Origin: an uncultured Gemmatimonadales bacterium
Lineage (GTDB): Bacteria > Gemmatimonadota > Gemmatimonadetes > Gemmatimonadales > GWC2-71-9
Length of the DNA stretch: 64,000 bases
NCBI GenBank assembly: GCA_963798915.1
Contig: CAWCVB010000001.1
Span: 64,001-128,000 of the forward strand
Reading direction: 5' to 3'
Under the pieces are notes generated by a model, which was not told where the DNA came from, made no database searches, and saw only the letters and a list, made by a program, of their open reading frames with translations. A program made the position numbers and the translations under genes. Of the stretch, positions 1-10,142 are shown piece by piece; the first letter of the stretch is position 1; each line of letters starts with the position of its first letter.

Positions 1-188
1 CGCTGGGCATGGCGGAGGATCAGATTGAACGGGTGGAAACGGAAGTTGAGGCGGCTCGCTCAGCACTGGCCTGGGCCGAGGCCGGCGACCTCCTGATCCT
101 GCTGGTGCACGAGCGGCGGGATCAGGTCACGACGCTGCTCGACACGCTGAGGCAGGCAAGCTGGCGGGTGGGAGCGGCGTTGCCATAG
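1..188 (+). CDS. 3' end of a CDS truncated by the window edge; Mur-ligase/cyanophycin synthetase-like C-terminus
   Basis: Frame from nt 3 reads LGMAEDQIERVETEVEAARSALAWAEAGDLLILLVHE...LP* (TAG 186-188). The A..GDL.L pattern resembles the Mur ligase C-terminal domain. Confidence 0.45.
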   Translation, partial: LGMAEDQIERVETEVEAARSALAWAEAGDLLILLVHERRDQVTTLLDTLRQASWRVGAALP

Positions 189-233
189 GGCAGGACGGGC
201 AGGACGGGCGGGACGGGCGGGACGGGCGGGACG
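189..233. repeat. 9-mer tandem run (GGGCRGGAC)n
   Basis: About 5 copies directly after the stop codon. The same 9-mer recurs at 10062-10100, 14095-14150, 18060-18086 and 53428-53466. Confidence 0.85.
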
Positions 234-260
234 AAGTTCGCCACGTCCATTGTCAGAAAT

Positions 261-335
261 TGCCATCACGCGAGTGCAGCGAGCGAAGCAACCTTGACCG
301 CTCCGGGAATCTGGCAAGCAGATTCCTCATGGCGA
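261..335. repeat. Degenerate GTCAT-type REP-like element
   Basis: tgccatcacgcgagtgcagcgagcgaagcaacc...agattcctcatggcg resembles the arms at 31162 and 51383. Confidence 0.45.
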
Positions 336-343
336 CCCGGTGT

Positions 344-1741
344 TCACCGGGGCGAGGGCAGCCGGCGAGTGTCCGTTCGCGCTGCCAGGGGCTTCGCCCT
401 AGGCTGCACCGTCGTCCCGTCATCCCGTCTTCCCGCCTTCGCGTCTCTCTCCGCCACCAGCACCTCGAACCGCTCCGTCAGTTCCCGCTGCCGCCGTCGC
501 AGCTCGCGCACTCGCCCAGGATGGCGTCGCAGCACCAGGTAGCGGCGCACGTCGCGCCAGGCGGCGTACCACCGTTCACGAACCCAGAGGCCGGCGACGC
601 CCAGCGCGGGAGCGCCGAAGAGCATGATGACTGCCCAACCAGCGCCTCCCATGGCGCTGGCGGCAATGACCAGAACCAGCAGCCATGCGCCGTACAGCAC
701 GATCCCGCCAAAGAGCTTGTAGGTGGAGCGCACGTCGCGTTCGCCGTGAATGCCTTCTGCCACCAGGCCGGTGAGCCGGTATGGCAGCCACCACAACAGG
801 AAGCCGGTGGCTGCCACCGCAAACACTGGTAGCAGCAGAAGGGGCAGGCGCTCGATGCTCCAGCGCACCGCCGTGTCCGCACGAAGCTCTGATTCCAGGT
901 CGGCCGGGGCCAGATCGAGACGGGCAAGCGACCGGGCGTGATGGCGCACGGCCCGAGCCAGTGGCACCCACCTGCTTTGCGGGTTGCGCCGGATGTGGCT
1001 CAGCAGCTCCGACGCGATGCGGAGCCGCTCCAGCCGCTCGTGCGGCTCATCCGACCCGCCGCGCTCCGCTCGCCAGACTGCTTCGGCGCACTCGACGACC
1101 GGCGCGTCCTCCCAGCGTTCGACGTTCAGGGTGACACCGCGCAAGGCCGTATCCATGCGCGCCGTCAGCTCACGCACCGCCTCGGCGTCATCGGGCCCGC
1201 GTCGCGCCAGGTCATCCCAGAGAACCGGCGCGCCGATCAGGATCAGTGCTTCGGAGCGGAAGGTTTCCTTTTCCCGCATGTTGAGACCGACGGGCAGAAT
1301 GGGCACCGCCTGGCCAAGCGACCCGGCGGCGAGCAGCGCGATCCGGGCGGCGCCAGTCTTGAGCGGCGCGAGCGCCGGTTCATTGTGGCTCTTCCCCTCC
1401 GGAAACACCGCAATTGCGGCGCCCGATGCGAGCGCCCTGGCCACAGCGCCAAGCGCCTCCGCGTTCTGCGCCAGCCTGGAGGGATCGTCCTGCGGCCGGT
1501 ACACCGGCACGGCACGAACGGCGCGGAGCAGCCAGGCAATGCGGAAGTCCTCGAACAGCGGGGCCTTGGCTAGAAAGCGCACCGGCCGCTCCGCGGCAGC
1601 GAGCACCAGTACGGGATCCATCAACGAATTCGGGTGATTGGCAATCAGCAGCGCCGGCCCCGTATCCGGAAGTGCACCGTCACGCGAGAGGCGGTAGAAC
1701 AGCGACGCCGCAAGGCGGGCCAGCCGGGGCGCGACGTTCAT
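344..1741 (-). CDS. Lysophospholipid/glycerol-3-phosphate acyltransferase family protein with C-terminal TM helices
   Basis: NHPNSLMD (HxxxxD) and FPEG motifs; hydrophobic C-terminal helices. Confidence 0.85.
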   Translation of the reverse strand: MNVAPRLARLAASLFYRLSRDGALPDTGPALLIANHPNSLMDPVLVLAAAERPVRFLAKAPLFEDFRIAWLLRAVRAVPVYRPQDDPSRLAQNAEALGAVARALASGAAIAVFPEGKSHNEPALAPLKTGAARIALLAAGSLGQAVPILPVGLNMREKETFRSEALILIGAPVLWDDLARRGPDDAEAVRELTARMDTALRGVTLNVERWEDAPVVECAEAVWRAERGGSDEPHERLERLRIASELLSHIRRNPQSRWVPLARAVRHHARSLARLDLAPADLESELRADTAVRWSIERLPLLLLPVFAVAATGFLLWWLPYRLTGLVAEGIHGERDVRSTYKLFGGIVLYGAWLLVLVIAASAMGGAGWAVIMLFGAPALGVAGLWVRERWYAAWRDVRRYLVLRRHPGRVRELRRRQRELTERFEVLVAERDAKAGRRDDGTTVQPRAKPLAARTDTRRLPSPR

Positions 1742-3399
1742 CCACGCATGAGCCGATCGAGCCGCTCGCGAAGGGGCTTGATAACGCTGTCTGACGCCGG
1801 CTGTTTCACGCGGGCCAGCGCCCGGCGGTCGCTGCCATAAACATCATCACGGAACTGGACCTGGCCGTCACGGGAGAATGCCGTCAGATACAGCAGGTAG
1901 ACCGGCAATCCGTGCTCAAGGTGGACCTGCTTCTGCACCGTGTCCACCAGGGCGGCATGGATGCGCTCTTCATCCCACTCCTTGTCCGGCTGGAGTACGA
2001 ATCGCGCGAATGCTTCGGGTTGCTCCAGACGGACACAGCCGTGACTCGCGGCACGATCCCGGGCCTTGAACAACGACGTGGCCGGCGTGGCGTGCATGTA
2101 GACGGCAAACCGGTTGGGAAAGAGAAACTTGATGTTACCCAGGGCGTTGCGCTCACCCGGCCCCTGCCGGATGAGGTAGTGAAAATCGGCGGTGTCCGCA
2201 TCCCAGTCCACATCGTCGGGATCGAGCGGCGTGTCTGGATGCTCGCGGTCCACGACTTCGTACCCGTGCTCGGCCAGGTACTCCTTGTCGTCCCGCACCA
2301 GCGGAATAATTTCGCGAGTCGCGATACTGTGCGGCACGTTCCAGTCGGGGTGAAAGATCACCTCGCTGATGGTGTCGGCAAACACCGGGGTGGCGTGCTC
2401 GTAGTCCTTGCCCACGACGACACGCATGGAGAGGACTTCCTTGCCCCCATCGAACGCGTGGAGCTGAAACTCGGGAATGTTCACCAGCACATATCGGTCG
2501 CCGAAAGCGTTGGGCACCCAACGAAGGCGATCAAGGTTCAGCTCGATCTGTTCCACCCGGCGGCTGGCCGGAACATTGAGCGCCGCCAGGGTCGCCTTGT
2601 CCACGCCACGCCCCGCCGGCAGGTCGTGGCGCGCGCGGAAGCGGTTTACGGCGTCATTCAGCTTCGCGTCGAACACCGAGTCGCCGCTGGAATCGGATAG
2701 ATCGCCAGTGGCGGCCAGCCGCGCCCGCAACAGCAGGATGCGCCCGCCTTTCTCACCCGGCTTGATGGGGCTGCCTGGAATCGGTTTCCACCCGCCGCTG
2801 TCGGCAATCTCGCGATAGCGGCCGAGCTGCTCGAGCAGCGCACCGTACTGCTCGGAACGGGGACGGAGCTCGCCGATCATGTCGCCGAAGTGCGGCTTGG
2901 ACGCCGCCGCCACCAGGATGCTGTCTGCCGTCCTGCGACGGGTCTTCACCAGGAACCCGTCATTGATGACGGTGGGATCCACCCGGCCGGTAAGCATGTC
3001 CGACCCATATTCCAGGTAAAGGCCAGTCAGCCGGAGCTCAAGCTCCGCCAATTCCCGCGCGGTCGTCTCGCCCGAATCGTAGGTTTCCCGAAGTGCATGG
3101 CTCAATCCCTTCAGGTCATAATCGGCCGCACGTAATCCTTCCTGGTCTGCTGATGCCACGGCATCCACCAGCGCCCGGGCGTCGGCGCCGGGCCGGTCTC
3201 CATCGAGCCAGAGCGGATGCCCATCCCGCGCCTTGTAGATCTCGCGTGCGGCGTCCCAGTGCGCCGCCGGGATGGTGGCAGGCGGTTTCTTGTTCGACAA
3301 CTGATGACCAAGCTCGGCGGTGATATCCTTGGTCGAGACGCCGCCGCACCCGAGGACGGCCAGCGCCAGACTACCAAGCAGCAGATCGCGATTGCGCAT
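1738..3399 (-). CDS. L,D-transpeptidase (YcbB/LdtD-like) lipoprotein
   Basis: Lipobox-like VLGC; LNLDRLRW, VNIPEFQL and YMHATP...SHGCVRL catalytic motifs; GAGG RBS before ATG 3399. Confidence 0.9.
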   Translation of the reverse strand: MRNRDLLLGSLALAVLGCGGVSTKDITAELGHQLSNKKPPATIPAAHWDAAREIYKARDGHPLWLDGDRPGADARALVDAVASADQEGLRAADYDLKGLSHALRETYDSGETTARELAELELRLTGLYLEYGSDMLTGRVDPTVINDGFLVKTRRRTADSILVAAASKPHFGDMIGELRPRSEQYGALLEQLGRYREIADSGGWKPIPGSPIKPGEKGGRILLLRARLAATGDLSDSSGDSVFDAKLNDAVNRFRARHDLPAGRGVDKATLAALNVPASRRVEQIELNLDRLRWVPNAFGDRYVLVNIPEFQLHAFDGGKEVLSMRVVVGKDYEHATPVFADTISEVIFHPDWNVPHSIATREIIPLVRDDKEYLAEHGYEVVDREHPDTPLDPDDVDWDADTADFHYLIRQGPGERNALGNIKFLFPNRFAVYMHATPATSLFKARDRAASHGCVRLEQPEAFARFVLQPDKEWDEERIHAALVDTVQKQVHLEHGLPVYLLYLTAFSRDGQVQFRDDVYGSDRRALARVKQPASDSVIKPLRERLDRLMRG

Positions 3400-3485
3400 G
3401 ATGCCTCTTCTATGTTGGACAGGCATGGCGCCCGAAGCGCCGGTGCCTGCTATTTTCGTCGCATGTCCTGCCCCAATGGTTCTGT

Positions 3486-5060
3486 GTGAACATTCGCGCC
3501 GCCAGGCGAATCCTGCAAATCGGCGGCCTGCTTGTCGTGCTGGCGGTCATCCGCGGACCCCTGTTCGACCTGGACCGGTTCCTGGTGCCCAAGGAGCTGG
3601 TGCTGCACCTGGCAGCATTCGGGGCCCTCGTGATCACCCTGCGCCTGGTCCGGGGACTCTCATTCGGCGTGGTGGACTGCCTCCTCATCGCCTTTGCGCT
3701 GGTGAGTTCAGTCTCGGCTCTGGCGGCACCGAACGGCTGGCTGGCATTCCGTGCGGTCGGCCTCACGTGGGCGGGACTGGCCTGCTTCTGGAGTGGACGC
3801 GCCGTGGCCGAGGCAGGGATCGGTCGCCCACTGATAGCGGCGCTGGCCACCGCCACGGTGGTCGGCTCGGCAATCGCGCTGCTTCAGGCGTACGACCTGG
3901 CCGTGCCCCTGCTGGCATCGTCACGCATGCCTGGCGGCAGCTTCGGCAATCGCAATTTCATGGCGCACATCGCTGCGATCGGGCTGCCGCTGATTCTCTA
4001 CCTCACACTCACCAGCCGGAGCCGGGTGGGCGCATCAGCCGGTGCCCTGGGTGCTGCGATTTCGGCGGCGGCCCTGCTGTTGTCTCGTACCCGGGCGGCC
4101 TGGGTCGCGGTCGCCGTGGGTCTAGCGTTTCTTGCCGTGGAAGGAGTCTGGGTCAAGGGGCTCTGGCGTGAGCGCGCGACGCGGGGCCGGCTGGCCATCC
4201 TGCTGGCCGCCGCCAGCGCGGGTGTGGTCGTCGCGCTGCTGCTCCCCAATGGGCTGCAATGGAAGTCCGACACACCGTACTTCGACTCGCTGGTGGGAGT
4301 CGCCAACTTCCGGGACGGCAGTGGCCGCGGGCGACTGGTGCAGTGGAAGAACACGCTTCGGATGGCACGGGATCACGCCGCTATCGGGGTGGGTCCCGGA
4401 AACTGGCAGGTCTATTACCCGCTCTACACGACGCCCGGCGATCCGGCCTTTGATCGGGGCGATCCGATTCCGACCAACCCTTGGCCGTCCAGTGACTGGA
4501 TGGCCCTCCTGGCCGAGCGTGGTCTGGTGGCAAGTGCCTTGCTGGTGGCGGCACTGGGCGGACTCATTGTGGTGGGCTGGAAGCGTTCGCGCCAGCACGG
4601 CGCCGGGCCGGAAGGACTGGCGGGCCTCGCCATGGTATCGGTCCTGATCGTGACAGTAGTGACCGCCGGCTTCGATGCGGTGCTGCTGCTTGCTGCGCCG
4701 ACCTTTATCATGTGGACGGCCGTCGGGGCGCTTCGGCCCACGCCGCGCCGGCTGGTTACGCTGCCCGAAGGCGCGGCGCGCGGCCTCATGTGGGGTGCGG
4801 GCGCCATCGGCCTGCTCTTCGCCGCCCGAAGCGCCCTGACTGCACTTGCCATCCTGGTGGCAGGAACAGGTTCAAGCCGCACCGCGCTGGTCTGGGCCAG
4901 CCGCCTCGATCCGGGCGACTATCGCCTGCACATGCTGCTGGCGCGAAAGCCCGGCCGAGAAGGTGCATGCGCCGCGGTTCGGGAGCATGCGACGGATGCA
5001 CATGATCTTTTTCCGTATCATGACGCGCCGAGTCGGGCGCTCAGGGTGTGTGGGCGATGA
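3486..5060 (+). CDS. O-antigen ligase (Wzy_C) family membrane protein
   Basis: Multi-TM; GSFGNRN, SRTRAAW and GVGPGNW motifs. Confidence 0.8.
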   Translation: MNIRAARRILQIGGLLVVLAVIRGPLFDLDRFLVPKELVLHLAAFGALVITLRLVRGLSFGVVDCLLIAFALVSSVSALAAPNGWLAFRAVGLTWAGLACFWSGRAVAEAGIGRPLIAALATATVVGSAIALLQAYDLAVPLLASSRMPGGSFGNRNFMAHIAAIGLPLILYLTLTSRSRVGASAGALGAAISAAALLLSRTRAAWVAVAVGLAFLAVEGVWVKGLWRERATRGRLAILLAAASAGVVVALLLPNGLQWKSDTPYFDSLVGVANFRDGSGRGRLVQWKNTLRMARDHAAIGVGPGNWQVYYPLYTTPGDPAFDRGDPIPTNPWPSSDWMALLAERGLVASALLVAALGGLIVVGWKRSRQHGAGPEGLAGLAMVSVLIVTVVTAGFDAVLLLAAPTFIMWTAVGALRPTPRRLVTLPEGAARGLMWGAGAIGLLFAARSALTALAILVAGTGSSRTALVWASRLDPGDYRLHMLLARKPGREGACAAVREHATDAHDLFPYHDAPSRALRVCGR

Positions 5061-5270
5061 CGGGATGGGCGAGATGGGCAGGATAGGCGGGCGAAACTCG
5101 CCATCTCGTCAGCCCGGCGAACGCTGGGGTCCATGAGGGCCTCACGTATGGCACTTCACCACGGGTGAGCCCTCATGGATTCCCGCTTGGGCGGGAATGA
5201 CAACCCGACGACACCTGGCCATCTCGCCCATCCCGCCCATCTCGCCCATCTCGCCCATCCCGCCCATCAT
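5060..5270. repeat. Composite palindrome: 9-mer runs (GGGCGAGAT / ATCTCGCCC) flanking a CGTC-type REP-like element (5107-5202)
   Basis: Left gggatgggcgagatgggc and right (catctcgccc)n are reverse complements. The centre cgtcagcccggc...ggattcccgcttgggcgggaatgac lies between convergent genes. Confidence 0.85.
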
Positions 5271-6109
5271 GTCTCGACTGGCAGGTTGGTCCTCGCGCCC
5301 CACTCGCTCCACGACCCGTCATACACCGCGGTTCGATCATTGCCGAGCAGGTGCAGCGCGTGCACCAGCGCGCAGGCGGTGACGCCGGAGCCGCAGGTGG
5401 AAGCGACCGGTTGAGACGGATCGAGGCCGGCGGCGACAAAGAGCTCCCGCAACTCGGGCAGCGACTTCATGGTGCCATCGGGATTGAGCAATGAGGTATA
5501 CGGCACGTTGCGCGCGCCGGGTATGTGCCCCGAGCGGAGGCCCGGCCGCGGTTCAGGACTGGTGCCGCCGAACCGACCGGCGGAGCGCGCATCCACCACC
5601 TGTTCGCGCGGGCGAGAGATGTTGGTGAGCATGTCGGCGGCCGAGCGCACCTGCGACTGATCGAGCGACGCCGAGAAGGCGCCGCCCCGCTCCTGGGGCT
5701 CGCCCGATTCAACGGGACGGCCTTCGCGCTTCCATTGCTGGAAGCCGCCATCCAGCACGGCCACATCCTCATGCCCGAACACCCGGAACATCCACCAGAC
5801 CCTGGGCGCACTCAGGTTGACGCCGGATCGATCGTAAACAACGATCGTGTCGTCATCACGAAGCCCCAGCATCGCCATTTCGGCGGCAAAGCGCGCTGAC
5901 ACGGGCAGCATGTGGGGGTAGGGCGAACGCCCCTCGGCGTGTGCTTCCAAGTCGAAGAAGTGGGCGCCCGGAATGTGCTCCGCGAGGTACTCCGCGTGGC
6001 CATCCCTGCCCGCCGACGGCAGGTACCAGGAGCAGTCGAGCGGTACGACGCCCGGCTCCTGCAGCCGCGCCGCCAGCCATTCGGTCGTTACCAGCGCCGG
6101 CACTGCCAT
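5267..6109 (-). CDS. sseA: 3-mercaptopyruvate sulfurtransferase (tandem rhodanese)
   Basis: HIPGA twice, CGSGVTA active-site loop, YDGSWSEW. Confidence 0.9.
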   Translation of the reverse strand: MAVPALVTTEWLAARLQEPGVVPLDCSWYLPSAGRDGHAEYLAEHIPGAHFFDLEAHAEGRSPYPHMLPVSARFAAEMAMLGLRDDDTIVVYDRSGVNLSAPRVWWMFRVFGHEDVAVLDGGFQQWKREGRPVESGEPQERGGAFSASLDQSQVRSAADMLTNISRPREQVVDARSAGRFGGTSPEPRPGLRSGHIPGARNVPYTSLLNPDGTMKSLPELRELFVAAGLDPSQPVASTCGSGVTACALVHALHLLGNDRTAVYDGSWSEWGARTNLPVET

Positions 6110-6111
6110 GT

Positions 6112-7200
6112 TCAGCCCTTCTGCTTCTCGAAATCCTTCATGAATGCGACCAGTGCTTCCACGCCGGCCCGCGGCATCGCGTTATAGATGCTCGCGCGCA
6201 TGCCCCCCACGGACCGGTGGCCCTTGAGCCCACTCAGCTTGCGCTTTCCCGCGGCCTCCAGGAAGGCGGCATCCAGTTCGGCGCTGGGACTGCGGAAGCA
6301 GATGTTCATCAGCGAGCGGCTGCCAGGCTCGGCCGTCCCCCGATAGAAGTCGCTTGCATCCAGCAGGTCATAGAGCAGCGCGGCCTTGGCTGCATTGTGT
6401 TCCGACATGGCCTGCAGCCCGCCGCCGTCCTTGATCCACTTGAACACCTCACCCATCACGTAGATCCCGAAGGTCGGCGGCGTATTGTAGAGTGATCGAG
6501 CCTTGGCGGCTGTTCGATATTGCAGTACCGCCGGGAGCGACGGGTTACCGCGCTCGACGAGGTCCTTCCGGATGATGACGAGAACCACGCCGGACGGCCC
6601 CAGGTTCTTCTGCGCTCCGGCGTAAATCAGGCCATAGCGGCCCACGTCTATGGGCCGGCTGAAGATGTCGCTCGACGCATCGCAGATGAGCGGAGCGTCG
6701 GCCGGCGGCACCGGCTCGCTGCGCCACTGGGTGCCGAAGATGGTGTTGTTGGACGTGAAATGGACGTAGGCGGGGTGGTCGGAATATCTGATGGCGTCGC
6801 CGGCGGGAATGTAGGTATGCTCACGATCGGCGCTGGAGGCGGCTTCGTGCACTTGGCCCACACGCCGGGCCTCGGCGATCGCCTTCTCCGACCAGACGCC
6901 GGTGACCAGGTAATCCGCCGACCGGTCGTCCGGCAGCAGGTTCATCGGCACCATCGCGAACTGCAGCGACGCGCCCCCCTGCAGGAACAGCACGTCGTAG
7001 TCGTCGGAGATGCCCGCCAGTTCCCGGCAATTGGCTTCGGCCTGGGAGATGATGGCGTCAAAGACCTTGCCACGGTGGCTGTGCTCCATGATGCCAATGC
7101 CGCTCTCGCGCACGTTCCAGATGTCGCGCTGGGCGCTCTTGAGCACGCTCTCCGGCAGCACCGCCGGTCCCGCGCTGAAATTGAAGCTCCGGTCATTCAT
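6112..7200 (-). CDS. serC: Phosphoserine aminotransferase
   Basis: [39 protein letters not shown]. Confidence 0.96.
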   Translation of the reverse strand: MNDRSFNFSAGPAVLPESVLKSAQRDIWNVRESGIGIMEHSHRGKVFDAIISQAEANCRELAGISDDYDVLFLQGGASLQFAMVPMNLLPDDRSADYLVTGVWSEKAIAEARRVGQVHEAASSADREHTYIPAGDAIRYSDHPAYVHFTSNNTIFGTQWRSEPVPPADAPLICDASSDIFSRPIDVGRYGLIYAGAQKNLGPSGVVLVIIRKDLVERGNPSLPAVLQYRTAAKARSLYNTPPTFGIYVMGEVFKWIKDGGGLQAMSEHNAAKAALLYDLLDASDFYRGTAEPGSRSLMNICFRSPSAELDAAFLEAAGKRKLSGLKGHRSVGGMRASIYNAMPRAGVEALVAFMKDFEKQKG

Positions 7201-7215
7201 TTCGATGATCCCTGG

Positions 7216-8433
7216 TCAGGCGCCGTCTTCCAGGCGCGAGAGGTCGACCTTGATGACGTCGGCATTCCCGGAGGCGATCGCGTCGAGCGCCGCCTCGTCG
7301 GGCGCAGCATCGAGGTGGATGCGGGCGAGCGTGGCCTGGGCACCGTGGTAGATGATGTTCTCGACCTCTTCCACGTTGATCGCCCGCCTGGCCAGCACGT
7401 CAAAGACATGGGCCAGCACGCCAGGCCGGTTGCGGTGGCGCACCGACAGCACGTGCGTGGCACTGCTCCTTGCCTGGCGGTTGACGCAGTTGGCTACGGC
7501 GCCATGCTCGATGAAGCCCTGGACGATGCGAATGACTTCATGCGCGATGGCCACCTGCGCCTGCTCGGTCGATGCGCCCACGTGATGGGTCACGTAGATG
7601 CCCGGCTCCGTCACCAGCGCGTTCTCGACGGTGCCGCTGCCACCAGCCGGCTCCTGCTGGAAGACGTCCAGGCCGGCACGGATGCCGCGTGTCCGGACCG
7701 CATTGAGCAGCGCCGCTTCGTCGACAACCGACCCGCGCGAGGTATTGATGAAATAGGAACCGCGATGCATCGCGGCGAAGAACTCCGCGTCGATCAGCGC
7801 CCTGGTGTCCGCCGTCCCGGCGACGTTGACGCTGACCGCGTCACTGAGACGGGCGACGTCGATAGGAGACTCGCAATAGGTCACGCCGAGTTCGTCGGCC
7901 AGCTCCTGGGTGAGGTTGCGCGACCAGGCGGCCACCCGCATGCCGAACGCCTGCGCGCGCCGGGCCACCTCGCGGCCGATCTGGCCCAGGCCGACGATGC
8001 CGAGCGTGCGGCCGTGGAGCCCGCGGGCCTTCGCGTACTCACCCTTCTTCCACTGGCCCGCGCGAATGTCGGCAACCTGGTCCGGGATGCGCCGGTCGCA
8101 CGCGAGCAGCAGGCCCAGGACCAGTTCGGCGACCGCAATCGAGTTGCGGCCCGGACAGTTGGCGACGAAGACGCCGTGCGCGGATGCCGCCGCCACGTCG
8201 ATGGTATCGATCCCGGCTCCCGCCCGGATGATGAGCCCCAGACTCTTGCCAGACTGGATGGTGGCCGAGGAAACCTTGGTCCCTCGCACGATCAGCACGG
8301 CAGGATCCGTTTCGGCCACGGCCCGGGGCAGGTTCTCCGCGCTGAGATCCGGCTGATGGACAATCGAGCAGCCCAATTCCTTGAGCCCGTCCAGTCCAAC
8401 CCGTTCGAATTTGTCGGCGATGAGGAGTTTCAT
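7216..8433 (-). CDS. serA: D-3-phosphoglycerate dehydrogenase with C-terminal ACT domain
   Basis: RAGAGIDTID, GLGQIG, NTSRG, HVGASTEQAQ and HRNRPGVL (ACT); adjacent to serC. Confidence 0.85.
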   Translation of the reverse strand: MKLLIADKFERVGLDGLKELGCSIVHQPDLSAENLPRAVAETDPAVLIVRGTKVSSATIQSGKSLGLIIRAGAGIDTIDVAAASAHGVFVANCPGRNSIAVAELVLGLLLACDRRIPDQVADIRAGQWKKGEYAKARGLHGRTLGIVGLGQIGREVARRAQAFGMRVAAWSRNLTQELADELGVTYCESPIDVARLSDAVSVNVAGTADTRALIDAEFFAAMHRGSYFINTSRGSVVDEAALLNAVRTRGIRAGLDVFQQEPAGGSGTVENALVTEPGIYVTHHVGASTEQAQVAIAHEVIRIVQGFIEHGAVANCVNRQARSSATHVLSVRHRNRPGVLAHVFDVLARRAINVEEVENIIYHGAQATLARIHLDAAPDEAALDAIASGNADVIKVDLSRLEDGA

Positions 8434-8439
8434 GAAGTG

Positions 8440-8542
8440 GGGCTAGGGGCTAGAGGCTGAAGGCGAACGGCTGCAAGAAGATAACGTCATCCAGACCGGC
8501 TTTCAGCACTCAACCCTTCAGCCTTCAGCCTTCAGCCTTCAG
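8440..8542. repeat. Inverted heptamer runs (GGCTGAA / TTCAGCC)
   Basis: ggggctaggggctagaggctgaagg ... cttcagccttcagccttcagccttcagc. Confidence 0.7.
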
Positions 8543-9765
8543 CTCAGCGTATGCACAAACAGGCCGCTGCGCAGCTTGGGCTCGAACCACGTGCTCTTGG
8601 GAGGCATCACGGCGCCGGCATCCGAAACCGCCATGAGCTGGTCCATGGTGGTGGGATGGAGCACGAAGGCAGCCGCCGCCTTGCCTGAGCGTACCCGCCG
8701 CTCCAGTTCGTCGGTGCCCCGCGAACCGCCCACGAAGTCCACCCTCGGGTCCGAGCGCGGATCGCCGATGGCCAGCAGCGGACCGAGGACGCGCTCGTGA
8801 AGGAGGCTGACATCGAGCGAGGCGATCGGATCGCTCCGGTCAATGGAGTCCGCCGGCAAGCGAAGCAGGTACCAGCGGTCACCGACGAAGATGCCGAGCG
8901 ATCCCGCATGGGGCGCGGGCGCCGCATCGAGCGGCTTGAGGTCGCCGAGCTGCTGCAGGCGTTCTACGAATTCGGCCGGACTCAGCCCGTTGAGGTCCCC
9001 GACCACCCGGTTATACGGCAGAATTTCCAGCTGGTCTGCCGGGAAGAGCGCCGCCAGGAACCAGTTGTACTCCTCGGCGCCATGGTGTGCTGCATTGGCG
9101 GTCCGCCGTTCCCTGCCCGCGCGCCATGCACTCGCCGAACGATGATGGCCGTCGGCAACGTACGCGACCGGAATGGTGCCCACGAGTGCCACCCAGGGAT
9201 GGGTGTCCTCGATGCGCCAGACGGTGTGCCGCACCCCGTCGTCCGCGGTAAAGTCGTACAGCGGATCCTGCCGTGTCACGCGGTCGGCGAGCCGGGCAAA
9301 TTCGGGGTCTGGCGGGATGGCCAGAAAGACCGGCTCGGCGTTGGCGTTCAGGGTAAGGACATGCCGCGTGCGATCGTCCTCCTTGTCGCGCCGGGTCTTT
9401 TCATGCTTGCGGATGACATCATGCTCGTAGTCATCCACGTGCACACAACCGACCAGCCCGGTCTGCGGCCGTCCGTTGCGAACCAGCCGATAGAGGTAGA
9501 AGGCAGGCTCGGGGTCACGCACCAGCGTGCCCTCCGCCTCGAAACGGTCCAGCGCGGCACGCGCGCCATCATACACCCGGTCATCATGCGGATCGGTGTC
9601 GGCGGGCAGGTCGATATCGGAGCGCCCAACGTGGAGAAAACTGCGCGGCTTGCCTTCGGCGAGCCGGGCCGCCTCGTCGCGGTCCACCACGTCATACGGC
9701 ACCGACGCGACTTCGGCGACATAGAGCGGGTCGGGCCGGAGCGCCCGGAAGGGATTCAGTCGCAT
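8539..9765 (-). CDS. DUF1015 family protein
   Basis: PYDVV, HEKT, ADGHHRSA, MPPKSTWFEPKLRSGL; commonly found next to serA/serC. Confidence 0.9.
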   Translation of the reverse strand: MRLNPFRALRPDPLYVAEVASVPYDVVDRDEAARLAEGKPRSFLHVGRSDIDLPADTDPHDDRVYDGARAALDRFEAEGTLVRDPEPAFYLYRLVRNGRPQTGLVGCVHVDDYEHDVIRKHEKTRRDKEDDRTRHVLTLNANAEPVFLAIPPDPEFARLADRVTRQDPLYDFTADDGVRHTVWRIEDTHPWVALVGTIPVAYVADGHHRSASAWRAGRERRTANAAHHGAEEYNWFLAALFPADQLEILPYNRVVGDLNGLSPAEFVERLQQLGDLKPLDAAPAPHAGSLGIFVGDRWYLLRLPADSIDRSDPIASLDVSLLHERVLGPLLAIGDPRSDPRVDFVGGSRGTDELERRVRSGKAAAAFVLHPTTMDQLMAVSDAGAVMPPKSTWFEPKLRSGLFVHTLS

Positions 9766-9856
9766 AGGCAGGGAGAAGATAGACCGCTGGACGGCTGGAC
9801 GGCTAGCGGCTCGGCGGCTCGGCGGCTCGGCGGCTCGGGAAAGGGTTCAGGGCATT

Positions 9857-9913
9857 CTCACGCGGCTGAGAGCCGCTGCTCGGCAAATGTCGCCTGCGGC
9901 GACAATGCCTGAG
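9857..9913. repeat. Dispersed hairpin repeat (family C), inverted copy of 25852-25908
   Basis: Reverse complement ctcaggcattgtcgccgcaggcgacatttgccgagcagcggctctcagccgcgtgag matches 25852-25908. Confidence 0.8.
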
Positions 9914-9930
9914 GCAGATCTCACAGCAGG

Positions 9931-10020
9931 TGTCATCCAGAGGCCGCACCGCGGCCGAAGGATCTACTGGTCCGGGTCCCGACGCCGGTGAGAAGGTCCT
10001 TCGCTTCGCTCAGGATGACA
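9931..10020 (-). repeat. 90-bp GTCAT-type REP-like element, single copy of the array unit at 50160, inverted
   Basis: tgtcatccagaggccgc...cggccgaaggatc...tccttcgcttcgctcaggatgaca. Confidence 0.9.
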
Positions 10021-10142
10021 GATCGCGCGGACCGACGACCGACGAGACGACGAGACCACTGCGCCTGCCCGCCCTGCCCGTCCTGCCCGTCCTGCCCGCC
10101 CTGTGTTATCCTATCTCAACACCTCAGCAACGGCCCCGTCCC

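Noticed and set aside
9930..10142. N-terminal 71 aa of the 504-aa ORF
   Set aside because: This is translated REP and 9-mer repeat sequence. Homology with the paralog begins at the GTG at 10143.
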